Shown: positions 26,071-39,384 of the stretch, one piece after another
How positions within the stretch are numbered: position 1 is the first letter of the stretch
Layout: each line of letters begins with the position of its first letter
From: Octopus vulgaris
Taxonomy: Eukaryota
DNA: 64,000 bases
NCBI GenBank assembly: GCA_951406725.2
Contig: OX597830.1
Span: 18,662,001-18,726,000 of the forward strand
Reading direction: 5' to 3'
Position numbers and translations under genes: made by a program
The notes under the pieces: generated by a model
The model's database searches: none
Told to the model about the DNA's origin: nothing
The model's input: only the letters and a program-made list of their open reading frames with translations

Positions 26071-27559
26071 ATACATATGTGTACATGCATAAATGTAAAC
26101 AGAGATTCATTGGTTTACCAAGGATTGTTTCAAATATTTTACCAACTAGACTGCCTACTTATTGAATTATCACACAAATGGTTGAATATCCCATAGATAT
26201 GTAAACTCTTAATGTAAACATCATTCAAAAACATGACAGAGCTTGTATCAAGGTTGGCCCTTTAAATTACAGTTACTGTCCATACAATAGGTTTCTAAGT
26301 TTCCACACACCCACCCACTTTCACTTGCAAGGGGTTGGACCTAAGTGAGGCTAAAATAAGGAATTACTCCAAGATACCATTCCAAGGACTTGAACCAGAG
26401 ATCTCCTGATTGCGAAGTGAAATTCTTAATCACTTGGTTTTTACTGTATCTATGCATAAGTGTGTGTGCATGCACGCACATACATGCACATACATACACA
26501 CATACAAACATATATGCATACATATACATGGATGCATGCATGCATGAATGTATCAATGTATATATGTACATATCGATGAGTGCATACTTGTGTGTGTATG
26601 TATGAATGTTTGCAAGTAGATAGAGATGTTTGTGTGTATGTCATCATTATCATCATCATTTAATGTTCACTTTCCATGCTAGCATGAGTTTGGAGATTTG
26701 ACTGAGGACTGGAGAACCAGATGGCTGCACCAGGCTCCAATCTTGATCTGGCAGGGTTTCTACAGCTGGATGCTCTTCCTAACACCAACCACTCAGAGAG
26801 TGTAGTGGGTGCTTTTATGTTCCACCAGTATGAGGGCCAGTCAGGCAGTACTGGCAACGGCCACGCTAAAATAGTGCTTTTTATGTGCCACCTGCAGAGG
26901 ATCCAGTCTAGTGGCACTGGCAATGACCTTGCTCAAATGTTTCTTCAGGTGCCAGTAAAGTGATGCTGGTAACGATCATGTTCGAATGGTGCTTTTTACG
27001 TGCCACTGGCACGGAAGCCAGTTAGCTGCTCTGGCAACGATCACGCTCGGATGGTGCACCTGTAGTATGTGAATTTATCACTTGACCATCCTTGTGTGCA
27101 TGCATAAATATGTGTGTGTTTGTATATATATATATATACAAAGGAGTGGTGAAAACTTCCTGGCTTTAAAGGTATTGTGAAAGGTCTGGGTTGCAAAAGC
27201 AACAAAGATTTTTGGAAGACCCAGAAACAAATAAAAAAATGGAAAATAAATGAGTAGAAATTGAACCAGTGAGTGTGTTAGATATTAAGGCAGTATGACT
27301 CACCCCCAGACACGGCAATATATATATATTATATCAACATATGATAGTGTACTCAAGTTTCACTTTGCAGTCAGCCATAAGGTGAAACTCAAGCAAATTG
27401 TCAGTTTTATATAAAAATTATATCTTCCAGCATTACTCTTAAGTATTGATTTCTATATCAAATAATATTTGTACTGTATATAACATATACCGATATATGT
27501 TTTATAATATATATCTATAAATGCACATATGCATGCAAATTTACATATACACACATACA

Positions 27560-27605
<46 letters not shown>

Positions 27606-28477
27606 TACATGCAACACACATGCAAAATACATATATACATTCACCTACATACATATCTACCTACCTTGTACATACATACACATATACATGCACCTACATA
27701 CATGTGTATTTTCATACATGCTTACATTCTGATCTACCACCACCACCACCCCTCTCTCTCTCACTCACACAAACACATGCAAATTCATTATTTGTATTTT
27801 CTGATATGAACATGCATACATAATCACATATGCATATGATAAACATACACCTATACATACATAAAAATTAATGAAACACGTACACACACAACATTTTCAA
27901 ATTTTGTATATTGAAATAATTTTACACATTAAATCCGATTTTGTTTTAAAGTTTAATTAATTTTACCTAATCAGAAAACAGGATTTGGAATCTGGCATAA
28001 GTTTTAATGAATAAAATCATGTGAAATGGTCAAACAGACATGTAAATAATTTAAAAAGGAAAAAAAAAAAATCCTCAACAAAGTTTTTTACGTAAAATTG
28101 TACAAATCTGTCCTGATCAAGAAATCTATCAGTCAGGGAAGGCATGGTTGGACATGGAATAAACAAAAAATTATATAAGACATTCTATTGTAAAAATTAC
28201 CTGACAGCGATGGGCTATTCAGCTAGTATAATGCATAATTAATAACTTCCCTCTGTGTGTGGCGGGGGGTGGGGGGGTATGATTCTAAAGCTTGCCTTAC
28301 TTAGGCAAACAGGCCCACAACACTCGTCACATGTTAAACTGGGATGCCCTAACATACTCAAGCAAATTGACATCAAAGACCCTTCCAAATATCTTTCATG
28401 AACTGGTCATGCTTGATACAGTTTCGTTGGGATTCCCTCCTTTCTATCAAGTACTGTTTTCTTCCATAATGAATAAT

Positions 28478-28782
28478 GTTGTTTGTTCCTTCTCGAGCCA
28501 TGCCTGCCTCATAAGGGCCGGTTTCCCGGTTTCTTGGCGTATAGGTTCCCCACCTAGACGGGACACCGGTCTGTTGCAGGTGAGCTGCAAAATGCAGGAG
28601 GAAAGAGTGAGAGAAAGTTGTGGCGGAAGAGTCAGCAGAAGTTTCGACATTACCTTCTGCCAGAGCCGCGTGGAGCTTAGGTGTTTCGCTCATAAACACA
28701 CACATCGTCCGGTCTGAGATTCGAACCCGTGATCCCTCGACCGCGAGTCCGCTGCTCTAACCACTAGGCCATGTGCCTCCAC
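28478..28782 (-). mobile_element. tRNA(Arg)-like-headed SINE, full length with 13-bp TSD
   Basis: - strand tggcctagtggttagagcagcggacTCGcggtcgagggatcacgggttcgaatc; TSD cataatgaataat. Confidence 0.88.
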
Positions 28783-29066
28783 CATAATGAATAATCTAGA
28801 GCAGTGATTCCCTATGTGGGGCATATTGCTCCACTGGTGGTACCTGGGGAAAATTGTGGTGGAGCATGGGATCCAAAGTTTCTTTTTTTGTTTTTAGTGG
28901 GACATGGAATTATGAAAATATATCTTTTGCAGCAAACATACTACACTTATACTCAGCCTAGCCAAACAAATCCTTCCGACCAAGCATACTGTGTGAAGAC
29001 TGTCTGGTACAGGATAGCACTATTTTAATGCCTTAGTGTGGATATTTCTTGAGGAAATGTATATAA

Positions 29067-29307
29067 TCTTTCTTTATTTAAATGGCAAAATGTCTGTCTG
29101 TGTGTGTGTCCTTTATACAAAACCACAATTTTTTAGTTAGAGGGCTCGCACTTTCTATGGTCATTCAAAACCATCCAAGGGTTGTCGTGCACATCTTTAC
29201 ATTTCTCCAGTCAGCCTGCAAAGCCATTAAAAAATCAATAGAAGTGACTTTTTTTGTGAATTTTCTATCCAAAACCCAATCAAAATGCCTGAAATTTGAT
29301 ACGCCAA
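29067..29307 (+). mobile_element. Non-autonomous Helitron-like 5' end, truncated by a SINE
   Basis: a|TCtttctttatttaaatggc...gtctgtctgtgtgtgtgtc start resembles invertebrate non-autonomous Helitrons. Confidence 0.4.
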
Positions 29308-29678
29308 TTGACTGCCATGCTGGAGCACCGCCTTTAGTCGAGCAAATCAACCCCAGGACTTATTCTTTGTAAGCCTAGTACTTATTCTATCGGTCACTTT
29401 TGCCGAACCGCTAAGTTACAGGGGCCGTAAACACACCAGCATCAGTTGTCAAGCGATGTTGGGGGGACAAACACAGACACACAAACACACACATATATAT
29501 ATATACATATACACGACAGGCTTCTTTCAGTTTCCGTCTACCAAATCCACTCACAAGGCTTTGGTCGGCCCGAGGCTATAGTAGAAGACACTTGCCCAAA
29601 GTGCCATGCAGTGGGACTGAACCCAGAACCATGTGGTTGGTAAGCAAGCTACTTATCCCAGAGCCACTCCTGCGTCTA
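29308..29678 (-). mobile_element. SINE family A
   Basis: Consensus match, tail truncated. Confidence 0.88.
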
Positions 29679-30648
29679 TATTCTGTTGGCATATTTTTCA
29701 AGGTCAAAGAGGCTGGCAAAAATGAGTTGTACCTGTATTTCAAAGGGTCAGCCTTGACATGTTCTGTGTCATGCTGAATGTCCTTGAGAACTATGTTAAG
29801 GGTACATGTGTCTGTGGAGTGCTCAGCCTCTTGCATGATAATTTCACAAACAGGCTGTTCTGTCGATCAGGTCAACTGGAACCCTCAACATAATAACCAA
29901 TGAAGTGCAATGAGAGGAGCACAAGCAAGCCACCACACAGCAACAAGGAATGGACCTTGTGGTTGAAAGTAGAACTTACAGCTCTTGTATTCTAATTTGT
30001 AGTTACCATAACTGCGGTGCATTATGTTACTAAACATTTCCATAAAGACCTGGGAATGATGGGGTTTCTGTTTTGAAAAAAAAACAAAGCAAACTTCTTA
30101 GATTTTCAAAACTTAGTTGATTAGAGCTACAGTGAATATTTGTAAAGCATTCCAGAGCTTCCCCATTTAGATATTCTGGAGTGAACATATTCAAGCAATT
30201 ACATACATGCATATGGTGTACACATGCACAATTGCCTTAAAAAAGTAATCGCACATGCTCATGTAATAAAGAGACATATACACCCATTATATAAGTGCAA
30301 GTATATTCACATTTGTAGCCACACACATACACACACACACACACACACATATTTATAAACAGAGATTGACTTGCATGCAGCCATTCATCAAATCTCAAGA
30401 ATGGTCTTATTCAAACAGAGAATCTTTGTCACTTTCCTAGTGGCTGACTGACTTGAATTCTGTAAGGAACATAGACAAATTACAAGAAAAAATCATATAT
30501 ACATTCTCACACACACACACACACTACATACTTACATTATATATCATGCTTAACAGTTGGTAGTTCATTAACCTATATAAATATTCTCTCATCTCTTACT
30601 AAATTCTACCACTGCCAATACTAGAAGCAGCAACTAAATCTTACTTAA

Positions 30649-30868
30649 CCCTTTTGATACCAACCTGGCCAAAACCACCTCTGGCTCTGTGGTAAAATGT
30701 CTTGTTTTCATAAGTTTTGAATTAAAATATTCCACCAAACCTTAGTCACAATTTATGTTACCAACACTAGCTTAATGATAACCAAGTTATTTTACTAAAT
30801 TATTTGTTATATTTAAAATAATTGAAAGAAACACAGAGCATCTCAAAATAGATATAGTAATGAAAGGG
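30649..30868. mobile_element. piggyBac-type MITE family D
   Basis: TTAA both sides, ccctt...aaggg. Confidence 0.9.
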
Positions 30869-31281
30869 TTAAATCACACCATACGATCTCTAAAAAGTGT
30901 CTGAGATACAAAAAAAAAAAATTTTTTTTTTAAACAGGAGAATCATCGTTGTAACACCTTTCATGATAGAATTTACTTCGAAAGGGCTGAAGTGGGACCT
31001 TTCAAGCAACAGCAGCATTACAAACACAACTTTCCCATTGAAATAATTTATAAATTTATAAGCAAACAAATAAACTAACATGATTATAAAACAAAAGTAC
31101 AAAAGATAGAAAATAACAGAATGAAATGTGACCTAGTTTGAAAGACTTAATCTAAAGTATTTCTCAGTGGAAAAAAAAAATAAAATCCCCAAAACTACCC
31201 AGTTGATGTGTTTGCGTGTTGTCGGAGATAGGGGTACAGGGGTGCAACTGAAGCTGAATGACAACAGGACATCCTGATAAA

Positions 31282-31317
31282 TATATATATATATGTATTT
31301 GTGTGTGTGTGTGTGTA

Positions 31318-31378
<61 letters not shown>

Positions 31379-31428
31379 ATATATGTGTGTGTGTATATTT
31401 ACATATATGTATATATTGTGTGTGTATA

Positions 31429-31479
<51 letters not shown>

Positions 31480-31570
31480 ATATTTTGTGTGTGTATATAT
31501 TTATTTATATATATTTATATATATATATATATATATTTTGTGTGTGTATATATTTATGTATATGTATAAA
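31282..31570. repeat. Compound (TA)n/(TG)n microsatellite
   Basis: Direct inspection. Confidence 0.9.
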
Positions 31571-32243
31571 TAGGCATGTTTAAAATAGCAGCAGTTAGCA
31601 TTTACTCACAAACATGCGCTCACACGCACACACATTCATGCATGCGTGCACGCACTTAGAGACATACACTGGTTGCTTTATACACAACCATATCTGCCAT
31701 ATCTGTGACTTTCATTCCCCATAGCAAAAAATAATCTAGACCAGACACCATAGTTATTCAGTGCATCTTCTTGGGTACAGAATCAAGGACACCTCATACA
31801 ATCACACACATAAATACACGCACACGTGCACACACGCAAACATAGTGGTGTAAGTATGGCTGTATGGTTAAGAAGTTCATTTTGCAACCCTATAGTTTTG
31901 AGTTCAATCCCACAGTACAGTGTCATAAACAAGTGTCCTTTATCATAACCGTCAGTTGCTTTGTGAATGAAATATATCAAATGGAAACTGTACGGAATCC
32001 TTCTGCAGAAACTATTCTTTTTCTTGGAAGGTAAACTTTGCACATCGCTTGTTTTAATGTCACGTTAGGCTCTTGAAAGCAGCTTTGGATGTTACCCTGC
32101 CTTCTCTGACCAAGCCATAAGCTATTATGTATGTATGGATTGTCTTGATAATGTTATGTTAGCGTATTTTTTCGTATATATCAGTTTGATTGGTATTTTA
32201 CACCTTTTTTTGTATCTAAATATGATGCAAGAGTAGAAACAAT

Positions 32244-32663
32244 TACTCTTTTACTTGTTTCAGTCATTTGACTGCGGCCATGCTGGAGCACCGCCTTTTA
32301 GTCGAGAAAATCGGCCCCAGGGCTTATTCTTTGTAAGCCTAGTACTTATTCTATTGGTCTCTTTTGCCGAACTGCTAAGTTACGGGGACGTAAACATGCC
32401 AGCATCGGTTGTCAAGCGATGTTGGGGGGACAAACACAAATACACAAACATATACACAATCACACACACACACACATATATATATATATACATATATACG
32501 CCGGGCTTCATTCAGTTTCCGTCTACCAAATCCACTCACAAGGCTTTGGTCAGCCCAAGGCTATAGTAGAAGACACTTGCCCAAGGTGCCACGCAGTGGG
32601 ACTGAACCCGGAACCATGTGGTTGGTAAGCAAGCTACTTACCACACAGCCACTCTGACGCCTA
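32244..32663 (-). mobile_element. SINE family A, full length
   Basis: Consensus match. Confidence 0.9.
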
Positions 32664-32908
32664 CTGTCAGTAATGTATGGTGTAATCATCAATTAATGAT
32701 GTGGTTTTCTCCATTCTTACTCTTGGCTTATACTCAGAATTTCTTGAAATTCTTCTGAATGATATTTGGATTTACTTGCCATGCATGAGGAATTACCTTG
32801 GATGTTAATTCCACTTACATTTATTGGTATCTGATTGTTTGATATTATTAACCAAATTCCTTTAACGCTGATTATTTAATTGGCATCTGGATTTATTAAA
32901 CCCTTTTA

Positions 32909-32948
<40 letters not shown>

Positions 32949-33475
32949 CCAGCCCCGTCTGGCACCTGTGCCGGTGGCACGTAAAAAAGCACCCACCACA
33001 CTCAAGGAGTGGTTGGCATTAGGAAGGGCATCAAGCTGTAGAAACATTGTCAGATCAGACTGGGCCTGATGCAGCCTTCTGGCTTCCCAGACCCCAGTTG
33101 AACCGTCCAACCCATACTAGCATGGAAAGTGGACGCTAAATGATGATGATGATGATGATGATCAAAATAAGCAAGTACAATTGTTTCATGCTACTTCATC
33201 TTATTAAACACTGTAAGTATTACATCAGTTTTAAAATGTCGAGCAATCTTCAGCCACTTATAGAATTTTCCAATCAAACGGACAATGCACATTCTTATCC
33301 ATATTTCATTTGCCAACATTATAAAGAGGGTAGATATATAAACAGAGAGGTTGATTTCATTCTTAAGAACATGGTAGTAGTATATCCACTCTCTGACTGT
33401 AGATTTCATCATTTAGTTCTTTAGATCTGTCAGTGGGAGGAGATTTTATTTTTGGTTGGATGGAGTCAAAGAATT

Positions 33476-33518
<43 letters not shown>

Positions 33519-33834
33519 TTGATTACAGATGATTGAGATCTCTTTCACTACAGATCTTCTTAGTCATATATCGAGGGTGTGATGGGTAAATTGTCGCTAT
33601 TTTATATTTTTAATTTTGCGCATGCACATTGTTTATTTTTGATTTTGTCAAGCACACAACATAGTAGGGTCAGTTGGGCACCATATGTGAGGAAACCAGT
33701 AGCATGATGCAATTCAGTTTGCTAGAAATTTGGAAATGACATGCTGTACTGCTTTGGTATTCTTGCCAGGAGCTCCAATACAAACATTTCAGAGTGTTTG
33801 GATGCCAATCTAAGGACAGTGCAGAGGATCTGTG

Positions 33835-34332
33835 ATGATGGGTGGGGGCCCTATCTTGGAAATCCACTGGCCTAATGGTTTCCCTTCATGGCAGAATTAA
33901 TAGTCAAGACTATTTAAGCATTTTATCTGATCAAATTCATCCTATGGTTGCAGAACTGTTTCCGGAGGGAAATGCAATCTTTCAGGATGATAATGCATCA
34001 ACTCATACAGCTAAAGTTGTTACTGAATGGTACGAGGAACATTCTAGTGAAGTTGAACATCTTATCTGGCCACCACAGTCCCCAGATCTCAATATTATTG
34101 AACATTTATGGTGCATTTTAGAAAAACAAGTAAGGAGTCGATATCCTACAAGAACTGGAGGCTGTTTTAGCTGAAGAATGGACAAAAATTCCTTTGGAAA
34201 CAATTCAAACTTTGTACAAGTCCATACCTCATAGAATTCAAGCTGTAATTACTGCCAAAGGTGGTCCTACGCCATATTAAAATAAATTTACTTGAAATTT
34301 TAAGGTGTTTCCGTTATTTTGTCCAACCCCTG
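33835..34332 (+). mobile_element. Tc1-like transposon 3' fragment (catalytic domain plus right TIR)
   Basis: FQDDNASTHTAK...WPPQSPDLNIIEHLW; ends gtgtttccgttattttgtccaacccctg-TA. Confidence 0.9.
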
Positions 34333-34369
34333 TATATTAAATTCATGTTGAAACAGGTGAAACAGGAAA

Positions 34370-35099
34370 GGGCTGCATTGATGACAAAACATTTGTGGGG
34401 TAAATGTTAATGCTTTGCATAAATGACAATTTGAGTTAAGTACACCAATTTGGACAGAATTACCATTTTTATAAGGATGGCATGGATCATATCCGAAAAC
34501 AGCTCCAGGTGTTGTGAAGAACAAAGCTATTCTATTGGACCGCTGTGTAATCTGGCATGCTAAATGATGCTAAATGTTGTTTTAATGATTCAGCATTAAG
34601 TGCTGCAGCATGCATTTACTGATCTTGAAAAAGTCTCATCTCCCTTCTGTCTTGAGACTCAGTTTGATGTGATCATGGGAAAGCCTCATCTCCCTTCTCT
34701 CTTGGGACTCCATCAGATGAACTTCAGCATGCTTTTGCTGATGTTGAGAAAGTCTCCTCTCCCTTCTGTCTTGAGACTCAATTTGATGTGCTGCAGCATG
34801 CCTTTGGTGATCTTAGGAAAGCCTCATCTCCCTTCTCTCTTTGGACTCCATCAGATGTGCTTCAGCTTGCTTTTGCTGATGTTGAGAAAGTCTCCTCTCC
34901 CTTCTCTCTTGAGACTGTATTTGACATGCTGTGGCATGCATTTAGTGATCTTTGGACATGCTGACATGTGGCAGCACACCTTTGCTGATGTTGAGAAAGT
35001 CTGATGTCCCTCATCCCTTGAGACTCTTGCCTTCGGGTTTTCTGCACTCCTTACTTCATAGGTGTTTCTGGAGAGATTACATTTTCCCTTTAGTGGCAT
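34370..35099 (-). mobile_element. Decayed Helitron RepHel N-terminal region with 63-bp coding repeats
   Basis: MPLKGKCNLSRNT start; ESQERREMRLS-type 21-aa repeats; AVFGYDP...VQIGVLNSNCHLCKAL (CxxC). Confidence 0.65.
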
Positions 35100-35869
35100 A
35101 TCTTTTTTTCAATATTTTAAACAAAAAATTATGTACATAGAAAAAATATACATTAATCTCTATTTTTGTAAGCAGTTGTATGTATGTATGTATGTAGTAT
35201 ATCTATATTTTAGGATGTAGTGTAAAGTACCCAAATATAAGCAAATTGTAAATACCTTGCAACTGTTGCGATAATTATGAACTGTTAATGGAATGGTAGA
35301 AGTGTATTTTTATATAACTTGGACCTTCCATGTAACTATTTTTTGTCAAGAGTTTGAATAGATGTATGTGTATGTTTAATAACATAGGTAACAGGCATGC
35401 AAACACACACACTCACAGGCACATCATCATCATTTAGCGTCCGCTTTCCATGCTAGCATGGGTTGGACGGTTCAACTGGGGTCTGGGAAGCCAGAAGGCT
35501 GCACCAGGCCCAGTCTGATCTGGCAATGTTTCTACGGCTGGATGCCTTTCCTAACGCCAACCACTCCATGAGTGTAGTGGGTGCTTTTTACGTGCTAGAC
35601 GAGGCTGGCAAATGGCCACGATCAGATGGTGCTTTTTACGTGCCACATATTTATATTTAAAAAATGTGAGAATACGCACACTACACTCTCACTTACAGAC
35701 ACATACATATAGTAAGAGCGACACATACAGACATGCATTCACACATGTCAGTCATCACATGTGTATATGTATGTGTAAATGTGTGTGTTTAATAATGTCC
35801 TTTACTATTTCATACACATCGAACAGGCACACACACACACACACACAAAAGTGAAAGAATAAAAGTGAA

Positions 35870-36357
35870 GCAGTATTATGCGACAGTTTTCGATAGAGGG
35901 AGAAATGTAAATAGTGTATTTAAATAGATGGAATGTAGAAAATTTAAAATAAGTAAAGTAATGTTGTAGGGAGTATGTCCAAATAGCGTGAAGATAAAGA
36001 TATTTATGCATGACAAAATTGAAATGCACCGAAGTCAATTTTCAGTGGGAGTGAGTGAGAGAGAGAGAGAGAGAGAGTGAAAGAAAGAAACAGATATCTG
36101 TATAAGTGAAAAAGAAAAAGAGAGAGAGAGAATCGCTAGAAAACTGCAGTTTTTTGGAGAAAGACCTATGTGAAAAACTTTTTCATGGCTCGTTTGCCAC
36201 ATTACATAGGAGCTCAGGGCAAAATGTTATAATGCATGACCATCCATGGCACATAAGTAGTGTGTGTGTAAAGTTTGGTGAAAATCCATTGGAAACTGTA
36301 GAAATGTATACATATTACACATACACACACAGACATCCTTTGTTTTATATATATAGA
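35870..36357 (-). mobile_element. Non-autonomous Helitron-like 5' portion
   Basis: - strand a|TCtatatatataaaac...gtctgtgtgtgtatg start; aaagtttggtgaaaatcc motif. Confidence 0.45.
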
Positions 36358-37110
36358 TAATGTGCCATGTCACAGTGCTAAGATAGTTAAGGAGGTGTTT
36401 GAAATTGAAAACATTACTGTGATGTGTTGGCCAGCTCAGAGCCCCAACCCTAGTCCCATTGAAAACTTATAAAAGATACTTGGTGATAAGATCAGAGAGC
36501 ACTGACTTCCGAATGTTTATGATTTTGTGGGAAAAGCTTCAGGCTGAATGGAATAAAATTACATCAAGAACAATGTGAGAAATTGGTCTTATCCTGTGGA
36601 TGGAGATGTGTTGAAGTCGTTAAAAATAAAGGAATGTACACACCTCATCTATTGATGTAGATTGTAAAAGTTTCTGGTGAAATTTTTATTTCTTGAATTT
36701 ATGTCACACATTTTCTAATTTTGTCCATCTTGTACTTTTTAAATAAACATAAAAAGCAAGTAAAAAGCACCATCCAATCATGGCCGTTTGCCAGCCTCGT
36801 CTGGCACCTGTGCCAGTGGCATGTAAAAAGCACCCACTACACTCACAGAGTGGTTGGCATTAGGAAGGGCATCCAGCTGTAGAAACACTACCATATCAGA
36901 CTGGGCCCGGTGCAGCCTTCTGGCTTCCTAGACCCCAGTTGAACCGTCCAACCCATGCTAGCATGGAGAGCAGATGTTAAACGATGATGATGATTTTTTT
37001 CTGTTTTATAAATTATTTAGTTATTAATCACTTCCTACATTTATTGCAAAGAATGAACATGCTTTAAAGTATATACAGTAAAGATTCCATTCAGTGATTG
37101 GCCACTTCTG
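36358..37110 (+). mobile_element. Decayed Tc1 3' fragment (with family C insertion)
   Basis: NVPCHSAKIVKEVF...WPAQSPNPSPIENL*...EWNKI...RCVEVVKNKG; ends ...ggccacttctg-TA. Confidence 0.75.
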
Positions 37111-37122
37111 TATATACATATA

Positions 37123-38195
37123 CTAGCTGAATTACTTGTTAATACCCAGAAAAGCAGGGGGTATTCCCAGTTCCTGTTCCCATTACACTGTTTCATGTCC
37201 TATCCCATTCCCTGTTCACTTCCTGTTTTAGCTCTGCTCCCACTCCTATCCCCAATCCTATGTCAATAAATAAATTTTAGAATCAGGTGTAATTAAGCCA
37301 TTAAATATTTATGGTAATAGTTTATTGCTAAAAATAGGTATTACAAACTATTAATACAATTAGTGGGTGATCAAGGGATGTCCCTATATTATTTTAACAA
37401 ACAAATATGCATCTGAGTAAAATAAATGAGTTGACCAGTAATACCAGGTAAGCGAAGGTTATTCCCAGTTCCCATTTACCGTTACACTGTTTCATGTCCT
37501 ATCCCGTTTCTTGTTCAGTTCCTGTTTTTATGCCTAACCCATCGTTTATGGTAATAGTTTATTGTTAAAAATAGGTATTACAAACTATTAATTCAATTAG
37601 TGGGTGAATATGGAATGTCTCTATATTATTTTAACTAATGAATATGAGTAAAATGAATTAGATAAATAGATAGATTTATAAATATATTGACAAATAGTCT
37701 GCGTATTGTAGCTGGCATTGTTGCATGTTGTAGCTCTTCAGAGCATGGCTGTATCACATGTTGCACAATTTAATTCATCAAATTAACCTCATGGTGAACC
37801 AACTTTCAAGTCATTGGTCATTACATTGTTCCATGTCCTATCCATGAATCCTGCAGTTGATCGTGTCCTTAATGCAGCACCAGTACATCATGCTGAGTTG
37901 TTTTCCCAAAGGCCATATGCTGATTACATGGAGTGCATGGTTGAGCCTTACAGAAGCCTTACTTAATTCATATCAGTAGATGTGTTAGTGATTTGTAAAC
38001 ATGTACTACGGCACCCACTAGGGGGCCCATTATAGATTTTCATTGAAATCCAGTGAGCCTATAATTGAACTGGATGTTAGTTTAACATGTATGCAAAATT
38101 TCGTCAAGATTGGTTTGTTGGTGTAGACAGCAAAGATGGTAACAGACAGATAGACAGATCAGACAGACAGAAATTACCATTTATGTATTGGATGA
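37123..38195 (-). mobile_element. Non-autonomous Helitron-like element with internal tandem duplication
   Basis: - strand A|TC start with (TCTG)n, CTAG|T end; duplicated block at ~37160 and ~37457. Confidence 0.55.
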
Positions 38196-38469
38196 TTGAG
38201 CAGATCTGTAATCAAAGACAGTCCATTTCAACCATAAACATCCCATGTTTTAGATAAGAGGTGTGCTATCTCCCTATCTTGCTTGCCTAGACAGATAGGC
38301 GCTGTCTACCTAACTTGGGGCAAGATAGGCAGTGTCTAGCCTACCTAAATTCCATCCATCTTCTCCACCTACTATTCTTGGGAGGGTCACAGGGGTAGAG
38401 TCCTCATGTACCCCTTCCATAGGGTCCTATCAAAAGCTACCATCAACCGAGATAATATAGGTATTATCT

Positions 38470-38860
38470 AATCATCTTGTACTTGTTCTAACCCTAAGTC
38501 TCCTGCTTCTTGACCCAGCTTGAAGAATCTGTCTTATGATTCCTTCCTGCAGCATTCTAATCCATGTGTCCATTGTATCAAAGCTGTGACCTCATTTTGG
38601 CCACTTGTATTTGCAGTTTTATTCTTTCGGTCATTACCAAACTTTCAGTGGCCATAGGTGAGGAGAGGCACAAAATCTGAATTAAAAATAGTGAGTTTGG
38701 CTTTTTAACCAAGCTCTCCTCTTCTGGAGACTGAATGCTGGAGCTGTGCAAGACTAAGCCACCGTTTGAAATTCTGGAATCAGTTCAGCCTTCTGCTTCT
38801 CATCTCACTTGTGAATACAGCCCCAAGATATTTAAACTTCTCCACTTGTCTGAACTGCAA
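38470..38860 (-). mobile_element. Decayed RTE (Expander-like) LINE RT fragment
   Basis: QVEKFKYLGAVFTSE...AKLTIFNSDFVPLLTYGH...VMTERIKLQIQVAKM with stops and frameshifts. Confidence 0.75.
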
Positions 38861-39384
38861 CTATAAATTATTAAATAAAAATGTAAATAATTTTTACTTC
38901 ATAAAATAAAAAAAGATACTCATTAAAAGTTTGGAATTCAATGTGCAATTCAGTAAATGGCCAGTTTTTAATGTTTGGTAGGCAGAATATCTGATGCCTT
39001 CCTATTAAAATGTTTATCTATTAATACCACATGCTGTGAGCTCAGCGAAATAATTTATATAATATACAGAATACAGTTCAAATGAAGGCAGTAATTAAAC
39101 TGCCAGTGTAAGTGTCATTACAGAGTGAGGAATATATATATGCATGTGTATCTGTTTATGTAGCATGTATTTCCGTCACTAATGATTGAGCTAATTTTAG
39201 GAGACATTTTATTCAATGCCAGTGAATAACAGTAATACTGAATATTTATGTTTTATACAAAGTGCGGATGTGAATACAACTGCGTAAAAAAAAATATGAA
39301 CATGAATATCATGCAGACACACTGACATTCGTGTATGGTTTATGTACATGAGCACCCAGGTACAATCTGACTCAGTTTTTACCT

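Noticed and set aside
28700-28782. Possible tRNA-Arg gene (also 56970-57045, 62270-62345, 12308-12383)
   Set aside because: These are heads of longer interspersed elements, two with TSDs; acceptor stems are poor and no terminator follows.
34600-35004. 134-aa + strand repeat ORF or CRISPR-like array
   Set aside because: No unique spacers, eukaryotic context; better explained as the antisense of Helitron coding repeats.
38270-38340. Small hairpin (cctatcttgc/gcaagatagg) as a miRNA precursor
   Set aside because: Short, irregular stem adjacent to a decayed RTE; no recognisable mature miRNA.
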